Counted from the stretch's first letter, positions 28,484 through 38,790 are shown. The stretch is DNA of 64,000 nucleotides from Terriglobia bacterium (GCA_963695545.1 OY968796.1:1760001-1824000), one strand, 5' to 3'. The notes: generated by a model from the sequence alone, not told the origin. Numbers and translations: made by a program.

Positions 28484-28529
28484 AGCGCGAGTTTGGAGCT
28501 GACGGCACACCCTTAAATTCGTGTTGCGA

Positions 28530-28557
28530 ACTATATTCGCATTTCAGCGGTTGTCAA
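28530..28557 (-). promoter_or_regulatory. Sigma70 promoter for the ROK-TBDR operon
   Basis: TTGACA-N16-TATAGT on the minus strand; palindrome tgcgaa-ctata-ttcgca overlaps the -10 box. Confidence 0.65.
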
Positions 28558-29328
28558 GCATATATTTCCCGGAACGGGCCTCAGAAGGTTACCCGCTGCC
28601 TATCCCGGCATTCCGTAATCATCTGGTGCGAAAAACCGGTGGAGCGCACCCGATGGAGCAAATTTCCAGTCACGGACCGGATACTCTTCAATCGAACGCC
28701 GCGGGCTGGGTTCATGCCCGGAGCAAGGTGCGCGTAGAGGAGCCAATCAGCATTGGCTTAACACCCCTCCCATTTTCCATATTGGCTGGCGTGTCGCGCA
28801 CGCATCAGGGCTTGGTGCTCGTCGGGGCCGCCGGGATCCCCTCTGACCCTATCGGCGGCGCAGATCGCGCCGTTGGCTCCAGCGGGCTGCCCCAAAGCCG
28901 CCTGACCAATATGCAGACGGACGCCCAACCGGGCGATGATCTTGGATTGGCGCGATTGCTTCCCACGTCCGATGATGGAAGGACGCACTGCGCCTGACGG
29001 GAGCGGGCGCGTTCTTAAAACGCGCAACGGCGAAGTGGCAGATATGTTGAACAAACGAAGCCAGTTCGGCCAAGTTGTGGAACTTATGAATTTGAGTCCT
29101 GCCACACTTCGAATTATTGTGCTCTATTGACGCTAAGGAACACGCTCGAGCCATGGTCGGAACGCGGGGCGTCGCTCGAGACCGCGCCTTCCGGTTTTCC
29201 ATAGCTCGCAGAGGCTTCGAAATACGCGTTGTGGTATTTCACGCGAGTTCCGTATTGGGACAAGTTGTCGGGGGGTACCACGCGGAATTCTGAGGTACGC
29301 CTCAGCAAGTACTCGATCGCGCGAGTGG

Positions 29329-31857
29329 CTATGGCTCTCGAGGAAAAATCTCGACGTAATCCAGCGGCGCGAGTTCCTGGCCGTCGGGAGTGCCTTCGAT
29401 CCGAATTTCGTCGCCGGGACGAAGCGCGAGGCCGGGAATGCGGCGCCGCGTGGAAGAATCCGCGTTGGGCTTGAGCGCGGGCAGATGCTCGTCCGCGAGC
29501 CATGTGTCCACGGTCTGATGGTTCACTGAGACGCGGAATTTAGATGCGCCGTTGGCTTGATCGAAATATTCAACGTCCAATTCGTACCAGCCGGGAGTGC
29601 CACTGAAGCGAAATTCCGCGACGCACGTCTTGGCTGGCGCGGCGCACTCCACCGCTCTTCCTCCGGAAGCCGCTTCGGGCGGCGTGACGTCGAATGGGAC
29701 GTAGCCATCGAGCTGCATCGATTCCGCTTCGATCCGATTGGGATAATGGCCGACGCGTCCGCGCGCGTCGGGTATTCCCGACTTCGCGAGGAACCAATTG
29801 CTAATCGCATCGCGCCAAACAATGGCGTGGCCGGCCTGGTATTCGAGGCGGGCGAGCACGGCCGCGTAGCGATCGTCGTCGACGCGGCCAGTGAGCGTCT
29901 TCCATTGCGAGACGAACGCCGCGGCGGCTGAGGCGCCGTCGTAATGCGAATCGTAAACGTGCTGGATCACCGTTTTCCCCGAGTGCAACACGTACGTGTA
30001 CGGCACGTGGTGAAAAAACAGGAGCAGGTTATCCGGGCAATCGGCGAGGGGTTCATACTTTTTTTGGACCGCGAGCGAATATTGGCCGATGAAGCCCGTG
30101 CCGGTAGCCATGGTGCGATCCATACCGATGCCTTGGTGATCCGCGCGAAGCCACTGGCCCCAGCCGTTGTTCTCCGCGGATTCGGGCGCGGGCCCATAAT
30201 GGGCGCCGAGAATGTTCGTGAGCGTACCGAGGCCGAGCGGTCCGGTATAGCCTTCGTAGACGCGCCAGGAACCGAGTTGCATTGCGGCGATCGTGCGCAC
30301 AACGAGCGGATCGTTGCCGAATGTGAGACGCGTCCATTCGTCGGCGATTGCGTTCGCGCTGAGATTCGGGTTCCAGGCCAGGCGGCCAAATCCGTATAAA
30401 TTCGCCATCGCAAGAACATAACCATCCCACGTTGGATCGAGACCGACATTCGAGACGCCGACGAATCCGCCCGTAGGTTGGCCAAATACTTTTCCAGACA
30501 CCAAAGCTTTGACCAGCGTGGCTTCCGCTCCGTCGGCACGCAGATCGAAATCCAGCACTTCCTTCCACATCGGAACCAGAAAACACAGGTGGCGTTCTTG
30601 GCCGGTATATTCCTGAACGATTTGGAGCTCGATCGCTTCGTTCGTCGTCTTCAATCCGCCGAACAGCGGGGAAACTGGCTCGCGCACCTGGAAATCGATG
30701 GGGCCGTTCTTGATTTGGACGATCACGTTGTCGTCGAACTGGCCGTCGAGCGGATGGAAAATATCGTAAGCGGCGCGGGCGCGATCGTTTTTCAGGTTGG
30801 TCCAATCGAGGTGATGATCGTAAACGAACGCGCGATAGAACAGGACGCCGCCGTGCGGTTTGAGCGCGCGGGCGATCACGTTGGCGGCGTCCGCGGGAGT
30901 GCGCCCGTATGCGGAGGGGCCGGGGCGGCCCTCGGAATCCGCTTTTACGACGAAGCCGCCGAAGTCGGGAATGAGTTTGTAGATCTGATCGGTTTTTGCG
31001 CGCCAAAATTCGGCGACCTTCGGATCGAGCGGGTCGAAGGTATCCAGACCGCCGACAACTTTGGGGCTGCTCACGTCGACGGAGATCGCAAGCTGCACAC
31101 CCCAGCGGCGGAATACGTCCGCGATGCGCGCGAGTTGCGGAAGGAAATCGTCGTGCAAGACGAGCGGGTTTGCGTTGACGTTGTTGACGGCGCAGCCGTT
31201 GATGCCGACCGAAGCGAGCAGGCGCGCGTATTCGTCAACGCGCGTGAGATCGGTTTGGACTGCGCCATTGTCGAAAAAAATCGAGCGGCCGCCGAAACCG
31301 TGCTCGATCGTGCCATTGAGATTGTCCCATTCGTTGACCCAACGCAGGGGGACGGCGGGCTGCTGAAGATCGTTGAGCGCCGAAACATTTTCGTTCTGCG
31401 CGATTTTGCTGAGGAAAGCGAACACGCCGTAGAGGACGCCGCGCTCGTCCGCGCCGGCGATGATCGTGCAGGCAAATCCGTGGACGCGGCCGATGGTGAG
31501 CAGGAAGCCGTCGCCGGTGAGTTTGGCGTTGAGCGCGAGCACGGGAGCGGCGGCGCGAATATCGGCGATCGTTCCGAGAACGAAAGCGTTTTCGGTGGGC
31601 CCGCCATTTTCGGCGCGGAGAGTTCTTCCGAGCATTCCCTTTACTCCTCGAATCAATTCGGTTTGCGCCGTGGCGAGCAGTGGGGAATCGCCGAGCACGG
31701 TCACTGTGGCGGGTAGCGAGTCGTATTTCGCGGCGTCGGTTGGGGCGAGCGGGGCGTAGCGGAGCCAGGCGTCTTCGCCTGTCTCGGCGTGCAGGCGCTG
31801 AACTACGCAGGCGAGAAGCAGGACTCCCAGAAATGTTATCTGGAGAAGGCGTTTCAA
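29329..31857 (-). CDS. aguA: Alpha-glucuronidase GH67 with an extra C-terminal CBM-like domain
   Basis: WLRY, WDNL, NNVNA, VKADSEG, QIKNGPIDFQVREP, ELQIVQEYTGQ, LLLFFHHVPY; signal peptide; TTG start; C-terminal IEAES domain. Confidence 0.93.
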   Translation of the reverse strand: MKRLLQITFLGVLLLACVVQRLHAETGEDAWLRYAPLAPTDAAKYDSLPATVTVLGDSPLLATAQTELIRGVKGMLGRTLRAENGGPTENAFVLGTIADIRAAAPVLALNAKLTGDGFLLTIGRVHGFACTIIAGADERGVLYGVFAFLSKIAQNENVSALNDLQQPAVPLRWVNEWDNLNGTIEHGFGGRSIFFDNGAVQTDLTRVDEYARLLASVGINGCAVNNVNANPLVLHDDFLPQLARIADVFRRWGVQLAISVDVSSPKVVGGLDTFDPLDPKVAEFWRAKTDQIYKLIPDFGGFVVKADSEGRPGPSAYGRTPADAANVIARALKPHGGVLFYRAFVYDHHLDWTNLKNDRARAAYDIFHPLDGQFDDNVIVQIKNGPIDFQVREPVSPLFGGLKTTNEAIELQIVQEYTGQERHLCFLVPMWKEVLDFDLRADGAEATLVKALVSGKVFGQPTGGFVGVSNVGLDPTWDGYVLAMANLYGFGRLAWNPNLSANAIADEWTRLTFGNDPLVVRTIAAMQLGSWRVYEGYTGPLGLGTLTNILGAHYGPAPESAENNGWGQWLRADHQGIGMDRTMATGTGFIGQYSLAVQKKYEPLADCPDNLLLFFHHVPYTYVLHSGKTVIQHVYDSHYDGASAAAAFVSQWKTLTGRVDDDRYAAVLARLEYQAGHAIVWRDAISNWFLAKSGIPDARGRVGHYPNRIEAESMQLDGYVPFDVTPPEAASGGRAVECAAPAKTCVAEFRFSGTPGWYELDVEYFDQANGASKFRVSVNHQTVDTWLADEHLPALKPNADSSTRRRIPGLALRPGDEIRIEGTPDGQELAPLDYVEIFPREP

Positions 31858-31927
31858 GAATTCACTCCGAGCCTGAGAAGAGGTGTTGCGGCGCTTCTCA
31901 TACCACCCTCGCGCTCAATAATCAAAC

Positions 31928-31959
31928 CCCTTTACGTGTACGTGCACGGAGCCTATAGT
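31928..31959 (+). promoter_or_regulatory. GH3 promoter with overlapping LacI-type operator, copy 2
   Basis: TTTACG(31931)-N17-TATAGT(31954); the operator overlaps the -35 box and spacer. Confidence 0.7.
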
Positions 31960-32006
31960 ACGGCGGGTTCGCTCGCCAGCGGAGCGTTTGATTCGTAGGA
32001 GGATGT

Positions 32007-34427
32007 ATGCGGCGCCGGTTTGGAATATTTGTTCTCGTCTCGACGAACTTCCTTTTAATGTTCCTGGCCTGGTCGCTTGTGTTGTGTCCAAGCGCATCGG
32101 CGCAGAGTGCTGCGGCGGCAGCCAGTGCGCCTCTTCCGAGTGCGACGTCGCAGGGCGCGCCAGCCTATCTTGACCGCACGTCGCCGGTGGAGCAGCGCGT
32201 GGCCGATCTGCTTTCGCGCATGACTCTCGAGGAAAAAGTGGCGCAACTCGAAGGCATTTGGCAAAACCAGTCGTTTATGAAGGACCAAAGCGTACTTTTC
32301 GTGGACGCCAAAGGAAACTTTCTTCCCGAGCGCGCTGCGGTGCTGCTGAAAAACGGACTCGGCGAGATGACGCGTCCGAGCGAAGGCCGCGGTCCGCGCG
32401 AGACGGCCGAATTTACAAACACCATGCAGAAGTGGATCAAAGACAACACACGGCTGGGAATCCCCGTCATCTTTCATGAAGAATGTTTGCACGGCTACGT
32501 GGCACCGGGAAGCACGGAATATCCGCAGGCGATCGCTCTGGCTTCTACGTGGGACACGCAACTTGTCGGGAGCATCTTTTCGGCGACGGCGGCGGAGGTG
32601 CGCGCGCGCGGCGCGACGCAGTGCCTGACGCCGGTGCTCGATCTTGCGCGCGATCCGCGCTGGGGCCGCACGGAAGAGACCTATGGCGAGGATCCTTATC
32701 TGGTCACGCGCATCGGAGTCGCCGCGATCGAAGGATTCCAGGGCCCGGGACCGGCGCTCGATGCGTCGCACGTGTTTGCGACAGCCAAACACTTCGCGGT
32801 GCATGGGCAGCCGGAGGGAGGCACGAACGTCGCGCCAGGAAATTATTCCGAGCGCGTGATTCGAGAATATTTCCTGAAGCCGTTCCAAGCCGCGGTTGAA
32901 GAGGCGCATGTAGGCGCGATCATGGCTTCGTACAACGAGATCGATGGAATTCCCTCGCACAGCAACACGGAATTGCTCACCGGCATTCTGCGAGACGAAT
33001 GGGGATTTCAGGGAGTTGTGGTCTCCGATTATTTCGGGATTACGGATCTGAAGAATTTGCACCACGTTGTTTCCACGAATGCCGAGGCGGCGAAAATGGC
33101 GCTCGAAGCCGGCGTGGATATCGAGTTGCCGTCCGGGGACGCGTACAACACTTTGGTCGATCAGGTTCATCAGGGGCTGGTTTCAGAAGCGATGGTGGAT
33201 CGGGCGGTGGCGCGGGTTTTGCGCATGAAGTTTCTCACTGGGCTATTCGACAATCCCTATGTAGATCCCGCGTACGCGGAAAAGATTACGAATGATCCGG
33301 AGCATCAGGCGCTTGCGCTGCGCGCGGCGCACGAAGCCATCATTCTGCTGAAGAACGAAAATAATTTGTTGCCGCTCGATGTGACGAAGTACAAGCGGAT
33401 CGCGGTGATTGGTCCCAATGCCGCCGATGTGCATTTGGGCGGCTATAGCGACACGACGGGGCCGGGCGTCAGCGTTTTGCAAGGAATCAAGAACAAGGTT
33501 GGATCGAACGCGGAGGTGGTGTACTCGGAGGGCGTGAAAATTACGGAGACGCCGCCGGATTGGAATGCGGACAGAGTGGTGCTGGGCGACCCGGTGCTGA
33601 ATGCGCAGCGCATCCAAGCGGCCGTGAAAGTCGCGCAGAAGGCGGATATTGTAATACTCGCGCTTGGAGGCAACGAACAGACTTCGCGCGAGGCTTGGGC
33701 TCCGGACCATCCAGGCGATCGCGATAATCTCGATTTGCTCGGCAATCAGGATGATTTGGTGAAAGCCATGCTGGCGCTGGGAAAGCCGGTGGTCGTGGTG
33801 TTGCAACACGGGCGGCCGAATTCGATCAACTACATTGCCGAGAATGTTCCCGCGATTCTGGACGGCTGGTATTTGGGTCAGGCGGGCGGCACGGCCGTTG
33901 CGGACGTGCTGTTCGGAGATTACAACCCCGGCGGAAAATTGCCGATCACCGTTCCGCGCAACGTGGGGCAACTGCCGGACTACTACTACCAAAAGCCGTC
34001 CGCCAAGCGCGAATATCTCGGATCGACTGTGCTGCCGCTCTATCCGTTTGGCTTTGGGCTGAGCTACACGACATTTGCGTATGCGAATGTGCGGCTCGCT
34101 CCGGATACGATTGGGCCTGAGGGCGAGACGATGGTGTCCGTGGACGTGACCAACACCGGAAAAGTTCGTGGGGACGAAATCGTGCAGCTTTATATCCGCG
34201 ATGAGGTGAGCTCGGTCACGCGGCCCGTGAAGGAATTGCGCGGGTTCCGCAGGATCACGCTCGATCCGGGCCAAACGCAGACGGTGACTTTTAAACTCGG
34301 ATTTGACGAGCTGTCGTTTTTGAACCGCGACATGCATCGGGTGGTCGAGCCGGGAACGTTCAAGATCATGGTCGGCGGAAATTCCGTGGATTTAACGGAT
34401 GCGACGCTGACCGTGGCAACGCGATAG
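32007..34427 (+). CDS. GH3 beta-glucosidase/beta-xylosidase
   Basis: AGGAGG RBS; RDPRWGRTEETYGED, KHF, VVSDY nucleophile; C-terminal Fn3-like domain. Confidence 0.95.
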   Translation: MRRRFGIFVLVSTNFLLMFLAWSLVLCPSASAQSAAAAASAPLPSATSQGAPAYLDRTSPVEQRVADLLSRMTLEEKVAQLEGIWQNQSFMKDQSVLFVDAKGNFLPERAAVLLKNGLGEMTRPSEGRGPRETAEFTNTMQKWIKDNTRLGIPVIFHEECLHGYVAPGSTEYPQAIALASTWDTQLVGSIFSATAAEVRARGATQCLTPVLDLARDPRWGRTEETYGEDPYLVTRIGVAAIEGFQGPGPALDASHVFATAKHFAVHGQPEGGTNVAPGNYSERVIREYFLKPFQAAVEEAHVGAIMASYNEIDGIPSHSNTELLTGILRDEWGFQGVVVSDYFGITDLKNLHHVVSTNAEAAKMALEAGVDIELPSGDAYNTLVDQVHQGLVSEAMVDRAVARVLRMKFLTGLFDNPYVDPAYAEKITNDPEHQALALRAAHEAIILLKNENNLLPLDVTKYKRIAVIGPNAADVHLGGYSDTTGPGVSVLQGIKNKVGSNAEVVYSEGVKITETPPDWNADRVVLGDPVLNAQRIQAAVKVAQKADIVILALGGNEQTSREAWAPDHPGDRDNLDLLGNQDDLVKAMLALGKPVVVVLQHGRPNSINYIAENVPAILDGWYLGQAGGTAVADVLFGDYNPGGKLPITVPRNVGQLPDYYYQKPSAKREYLGSTVLPLYPFGFGLSYTTFAYANVRLAPDTIGPEGETMVSVDVTNTGKVRGDEIVQLYIRDEVSSVTRPVKELRGFRRITLDPGQTQTVTFKLGFDELSFLNRDMHRVVEPGTFKIMVGGNSVDLTDATLTVATR

Positions 34428-34458
34428 CACACTGGGCCGCGATGCGGCCGGTACGCGA

Positions 34459-35550
34459 ATGAAACGCACGGGCGTTCACAAGATCGCGGAACTCGCCAAG
34501 GTGTCCACGGGCACCGTGGATCGCGCCTTGCATGGGCGCGCCGGCATCAGCGAAGGCACGCGGAAGAAAATTCTGCGCATCGCCAAGCAGATCGCTTACA
34601 CGCCGCACCCCGCGGCGCGCGTGCTTTCGATCGGGCGCGCCAGCCTGCGCATCGGGATCTGCATCCCTGAAGAAATTCATTTTTTCTACGATCAGATGCG
34701 CGCGGGAATTTTCGAGGAGGCGCGGCGATTGCGCGGCCTCGGAGTCGAGATCATCTATATGCCGGTGCCGAGCTTGGGTGCTGGGGAGAAGGAGCGGGTG
34801 ATTGAGCTACTTGACCGCGGCGTGAATGCTTTGGTTGTGACGCCGGGGAATCCGAAGTCGATTAGGGCCTCGATCGACCGCGCGGAGAAGAAAAATGTGC
34901 GCGTGGTTTGCATTGTGACCGACGCGCCGGAGAGCCGGCGTTCGGGCGTGGTATGCGTCGATCCGCAGCTCAGCGGGCGCCTGGCCGCGGAGCTCATGGC
35001 CAAGTTCGCGGGGCCTGACTCAGAGGTCGCGCTGATCACCGGCATGCTCACCGCCGAGGAGCACAGGCTTAAGACCGAAGCGTTTTGCGCCGATTTTCGC
35101 AAGGAATGCCCGGGCGGAAAAATCGCCGCGGTTTTGGAGGCGCATGAATCCGCGGACGAGAGCTATCGCAAAACCTGCAAATTGCTCAACGATCACCCGG
35201 AATTGAGCGGCATCTACGTCAGCACGGTGAACTGCTTGCCGGTGTGCCGCGCGTTGAGCGCGTACAAGCGCGCGGGCCAAGTGCAACTGATCACAACCGA
35301 TCTCTTTCCCGAGATGGTTCCGTACTTCCGGCGCAAGGCGATCCAGGCTTCGATTTATCAGGATCCTTATTTGCAGGGGCAGACCGCCGTGCGGTTGCTC
35401 GCCGATTTTCTTTTGAACGGAATCGCCATTCCAAATACGAATTATTTGAATCCGGGCGTCGCGCTGCGGTCGAACCTGTTTCTTTTTCGCGAAGTTCGGC
35501 GGAAAAGCGGCACGGGGCGAGTTGCAGAACGCCCGGCGCGAACCGCGTAG
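34459..35550 (+). CDS. LacI-family transcriptional regulator
   Basis: IAELAKVSTGTVDRALHGR HTH followed by a periplasmic-binding-protein-like domain. Confidence 0.93.
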   Translation: MKRTGVHKIAELAKVSTGTVDRALHGRAGISEGTRKKILRIAKQIAYTPHPAARVLSIGRASLRIGICIPEEIHFFYDQMRAGIFEEARRLRGLGVEIIYMPVPSLGAGEKERVIELLDRGVNALVVTPGNPKSIRASIDRAEKKNVRVVCIVTDAPESRRSGVVCVDPQLSGRLAAELMAKFAGPDSEVALITGMLTAEEHRLKTEAFCADFRKECPGGKIAAVLEAHESADESYRKTCKLLNDHPELSGIYVSTVNCLPVCRALSAYKRAGQVQLITTDLFPEMVPYFRRKAIQASIYQDPYLQGQTAVRLLADFLLNGIAIPNTNYLNPGVALRSNLFLFREVRRKSGTGRVAERPARTA

Positions 35551-35737
35551 GTTCTCCTGCCAACGCCCTTCAGTTTGTAACCTCGCCACACTGCCTTCTC
35601 CCGATGGAGTTCTCCGGTTGCGTGCTCGCGCTCGGCTCGACATTCGCCGTGTGGCTCGGTAGGATTTGGAGCGCGGAAAGAACGGAAACTGAGAGGATAG
35701 CAGCGCTGCGCTCGGAAGTGACGAGCCGAAAGGTGAT

Positions 35738-36943
35738 ATGCCGCACTCCCTGTTGCCGCAAGGCGCCCCTGGTTCCCGTCCGAGATGCTTTTCTAACGTG
35801 TTCGCGACGATTCCGCTGGGTCTCGCGCTTGCGTGTATATTTTCCGTGAACGCGCGATCGCAGCAGGCGAGGACGGCGGAGGATCGTGCGAGCGACGCCG
35901 GCGACTCGCTGGCCGAAACCACGCCGATTGCCACCGAACTTTCTGCGCGGCTCGATCGCGACGACGTGCTGAAGGCCATGCGGAAAGTGGCCGATTGGCA
36001 ACTGGATCGCGCGCAACCTCACTTCAATCAGGATTGGACCTATGCCGCGCTCTACGCCGGATTCATGGCGGTGCCGCCGGAGGTGGAAGGCGACAAATAT
36101 CGGAAGGCCATGCAGTCCATGGCGGAGAAATTCGATTGGCAACTTGGCCCGCGCCTAACAAACGCAGACGATGAAGCGATTGGGCAGACGTACCTGGAGT
36201 TGTATCGGAAGCTTCGCGATCCGAAGATGATCGCGCCGACCCAGCAGCGAATGGACGATCTCATGAAGACGCCCGATCCAACCGATAAGGCGCTGTGGTG
36301 GTGGTGCGACGCGCTTTTCATGGCGCCGCCGGTGCTGGCGCGGCTTTATGGGGCGACCGGCGACGTTCACTATCTCGATTTTATGGATCACGAGTGGTGG
36401 ATAACATCCCATGAACTCTACGATCCGCAGCAGCACCTTTTCTCTCGCGATGCCAGCTACCTCGATAAGCGCGAAGCCAATGGGAACAAGTTGTTCTGGG
36501 CTCGGGGGAATGGTTGGGTGATGGGCGGGCTGGTGCGCGTGCTCCAATTCATGCCGGAAAATTATCCGACGCGCGCGAAGTATGTGCAGCAATTTAGGGA
36601 TATGGCCGCGGCCGTGGCGCCGCTGCAGGGCAACGATGGTTTGTGGCGGACGGGATTGCTCGATGAGGAAGCTTATTCGTTGCCGGAGAATTCGGCATCG
36701 GCGTTTTTCGCATACGCCTTCGCGTGGGGCGTGAATCAGGGAATTCTTGACCGCAGAGTGTACGAACCGGTGGTCGAAAAGGCCTGGGCAGGACTGCTCG
36801 CGCACGTCTATGAAGATGGACGCCTGGGATCGATTCAGCCGGTTGGCGGTGCGCCGGGTCCGTTCACGGAAACTTCGAGCTACGTTTACGGCGTGGGAGC
36901 GTTCCTGCTCGCCGGCTCCGAGATTTATCGCCTCGCGCACTGA
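35738..36943 (+). CDS. GH105 (YteR-like) unsaturated uronyl hydrolase
   Basis: ADD, WWWCDALFMAPP, FWARGNGW, LQGNDGLW, YGVGAFLLAG; signal-peptide-like N-terminus. Confidence 0.9.
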   Translation: MPHSLLPQGAPGSRPRCFSNVFATIPLGLALACIFSVNARSQQARTAEDRASDAGDSLAETTPIATELSARLDRDDVLKAMRKVADWQLDRAQPHFNQDWTYAALYAGFMAVPPEVEGDKYRKAMQSMAEKFDWQLGPRLTNADDEAIGQTYLELYRKLRDPKMIAPTQQRMDDLMKTPDPTDKALWWWCDALFMAPPVLARLYGATGDVHYLDFMDHEWWITSHELYDPQQHLFSRDASYLDKREANGNKLFWARGNGWVMGGLVRVLQFMPENYPTRAKYVQQFRDMAAAVAPLQGNDGLWRTGLLDEEAYSLPENSASAFFAYAFAWGVNQGILDRRVYEPVVEKAWAGLLAHVYEDGRLGSIQPVGGAPGPFTETSSYVYGVGAFLLAGSEIYRLAH

Positions 36944-37009
36944 GTGGCGCCTGCGCGCGGCGGACAGCACGAGCGAGACCAAGATTAAATTGGGGGCAAT
37001 CGGGAATTT

Positions 37010-37840
37010 ATGAAAATCCTTCAGCTTGCAGATAAGCAACGCTATCCGCGGATGACCACGAGCGAATTGCGCGAGACTTTCCTGATCGACGAACTATTTC
37101 ATCCGGGGCGCATCGACGCGGTTTACGTCGATCTCGATCGCACCGTCATTGGATCCGCCGTGCCGCTTGCGGATCCGTTGAAGCTGGGTGCTGACCCCGA
37201 ACTCCGCGCGTCGTATTTCACGGAGCGGCGCGAGCTTGGCGTGTTGAATATCGGCGGCGATGGCGCGGTCGTCGTCAACGATCGCGAATTTCCGTTGGGC
37301 AATCTCGATTGTCTTTATGTCGGCCGCGGAAATGAGAAGGTCTTGTTCACGAGCAAATCCGCGAGCAAGCCGGCGGAATTCTATTTGTTGAGTTATCCCG
37401 CGCACGCGGTGTTTCCGACTGCTTCCATCGAATCATCGAAGGTGGCGCCGGTGCTGCTCGGCGCTCCGGAAACCTGCAACCAAAGAGGGATCACGAAGTT
37501 GATTCATTTGGAGGGAATCAAAAGTTGTCAGTTGGTGATGGGCTTCACGCAACTCGCCTCCGGCAGCGATTGGAACACCATGCCGCCTCACACGCACATG
37601 CGGCGCTCGGAAGTCTATCTTTATTTCAATCTTCAGCCGGAGGATCGGGTGCTGCATCTGATGGGCCCGTCCGACGAAATCAGAGTGATCGTTGTGGCCA
37701 ACAAGCAGGCGGTTATTTCGCCGGGGTGGTCGGTGCACGCGGGCGTGGGAACCAGAAACTACACTTTCTGCTGGGGAATGGGCGGAGAGAATCAGGTTTA
37801 CACGGATATGGATGCGCTGAAGATTTCGGATTTGATCTGA
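37010..37840 (+). CDS. kduI: 5-dehydro-4-deoxy-D-glucuronate isomerase
   Basis: ERRELGVLNIGG, SCQLVMG, WNTMPPHTHMRRSEVYLYF, WGMGGENQ. Confidence 0.97.
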   Translation: MKILQLADKQRYPRMTTSELRETFLIDELFHPGRIDAVYVDLDRTVIGSAVPLADPLKLGADPELRASYFTERRELGVLNIGGDGAVVVNDREFPLGNLDCLYVGRGNEKVLFTSKSASKPAEFYLLSYPAHAVFPTASIESSKVAPVLLGAPETCNQRGITKLIHLEGIKSCQLVMGFTQLASGSDWNTMPPHTHMRRSEVYLYFNLQPEDRVLHLMGPSDEIRVIVVANKQAVISPGWSVHAGVGTRNYTFCWGMGGENQVYTDMDALKISDLI

Positions 37841-37895
37841 TCTGATCCGATCGCGGCGCGGTGCCGCGGATCGCGACACGCGGAAAGAAGGGCAC

Positions 37896-38660
37896 GTGGC
37901 GATTCTCGAAGCATTTAATCTGCGAGGCAAAAATGCGCTGGTGACCGGATCGTCGCGCGGATTGGGCGCGGGCATGGCGATCGCGCTGGCGGAAGCGGGT
38001 GCGAATGTCGCCGTGCATGGCTCGGCCGAAAAGCCGTCGGCAACATTGGAAGCCATCCGCAAGACCGGCGTGAAACAGGCTGCGCTGGTCGGCGACGTGC
38101 GCTCGATCGATGTGTGCCACAAATTGATCGAAGAAACCGTCGCAGCCTTCGGGTCGATCGACATTCTCGTGAACAACGCCGGCACAATCCGGCGCGCGCC
38201 GGCCGCGGATTTCTCCGATTCGGATTGGGGCGATGTTCTGGCGGCAAATTTGAGCGCTGTTTTCCGGCTGAGCCAAAACGCCGGGCGCCACATGCTGCGG
38301 CAAGGCTCGGGCAAAATCATCAACATCGCTTCACTGTTGTCGTTCCAGGGCGGACTCTACGTCCCGGCATACGCCGCGGCAAAGGGCGGCGTGGCGCAGT
38401 TAACCAAAGCGCTCGCGAATGAATGGGCCGCGAAGGGCATCAACGTGAATGCCATCGCGCCGGGCTACATGCAGACGGACAACACGGCGGCGTTGCGAAG
38501 CGATCCAGTGCGCTCGGTTCAGATTCTGCAAAGAATACCGGCCGGCCGCTGGGGCAAACCCGAAGACCTGGCGGGAGCTGTGGTTTTTCTCGCGTCGGCG
38601 GCGAGCAACTACGTGGATGGGCACGTTCTGGTGGTGGACGGAGGATGGCTCGGGCGGTGA
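37896..38660 (+). CDS. kduD: 2-dehydro-3-deoxy-D-gluconate 5-dehydrogenase (SDR)
   Basis: TGSSRGLG, NNAGTIRR, SLLSFQGG, YAAAK, RIPAGRWG; directly follows kduI. Confidence 0.93.
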   Translation: MAILEAFNLRGKNALVTGSSRGLGAGMAIALAEAGANVAVHGSAEKPSATLEAIRKTGVKQAALVGDVRSIDVCHKLIEETVAAFGSIDILVNNAGTIRRAPAADFSDSDWGDVLAANLSAVFRLSQNAGRHMLRQGSGKIINIASLLSFQGGLYVPAYAAAKGGVAQLTKALANEWAAKGINVNAIAPGYMQTDNTAALRSDPVRSVQILQRIPAGRWGKPEDLAGAVVFLASAASNYVDGHVLVVDGGWLGR

Positions 38661-38685
38661 GTGCTTTCGGCCGGAGCGCGATTTC

Positions 38686-38707
38686 ACAACATTTCTACAA
38701 CATTTCT
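38686..38707. repeat. 11-bp direct repeat upstream of the MoxR operon
   Basis: acaacatttct occurs twice in tandem. Confidence 0.7.
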
Positions 38708-38790
38708 AAACGTGGCTTGGATTCTTCGTCTGAGCTTTGATAAAGTGCCGCACCAGTTACCTACGGCGTTCCCTTTGATCGGAGGCCCGG

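Noticed and set aside
28936..29130. 64-aa ORF as a gene
   Set aside because: No RBS, no recognisable motif and atypical codon use
37828..37853. Run of GATC-containing pentamers at the kduI stop
   Set aside because: Short microsatellite-like run with no evidence of function
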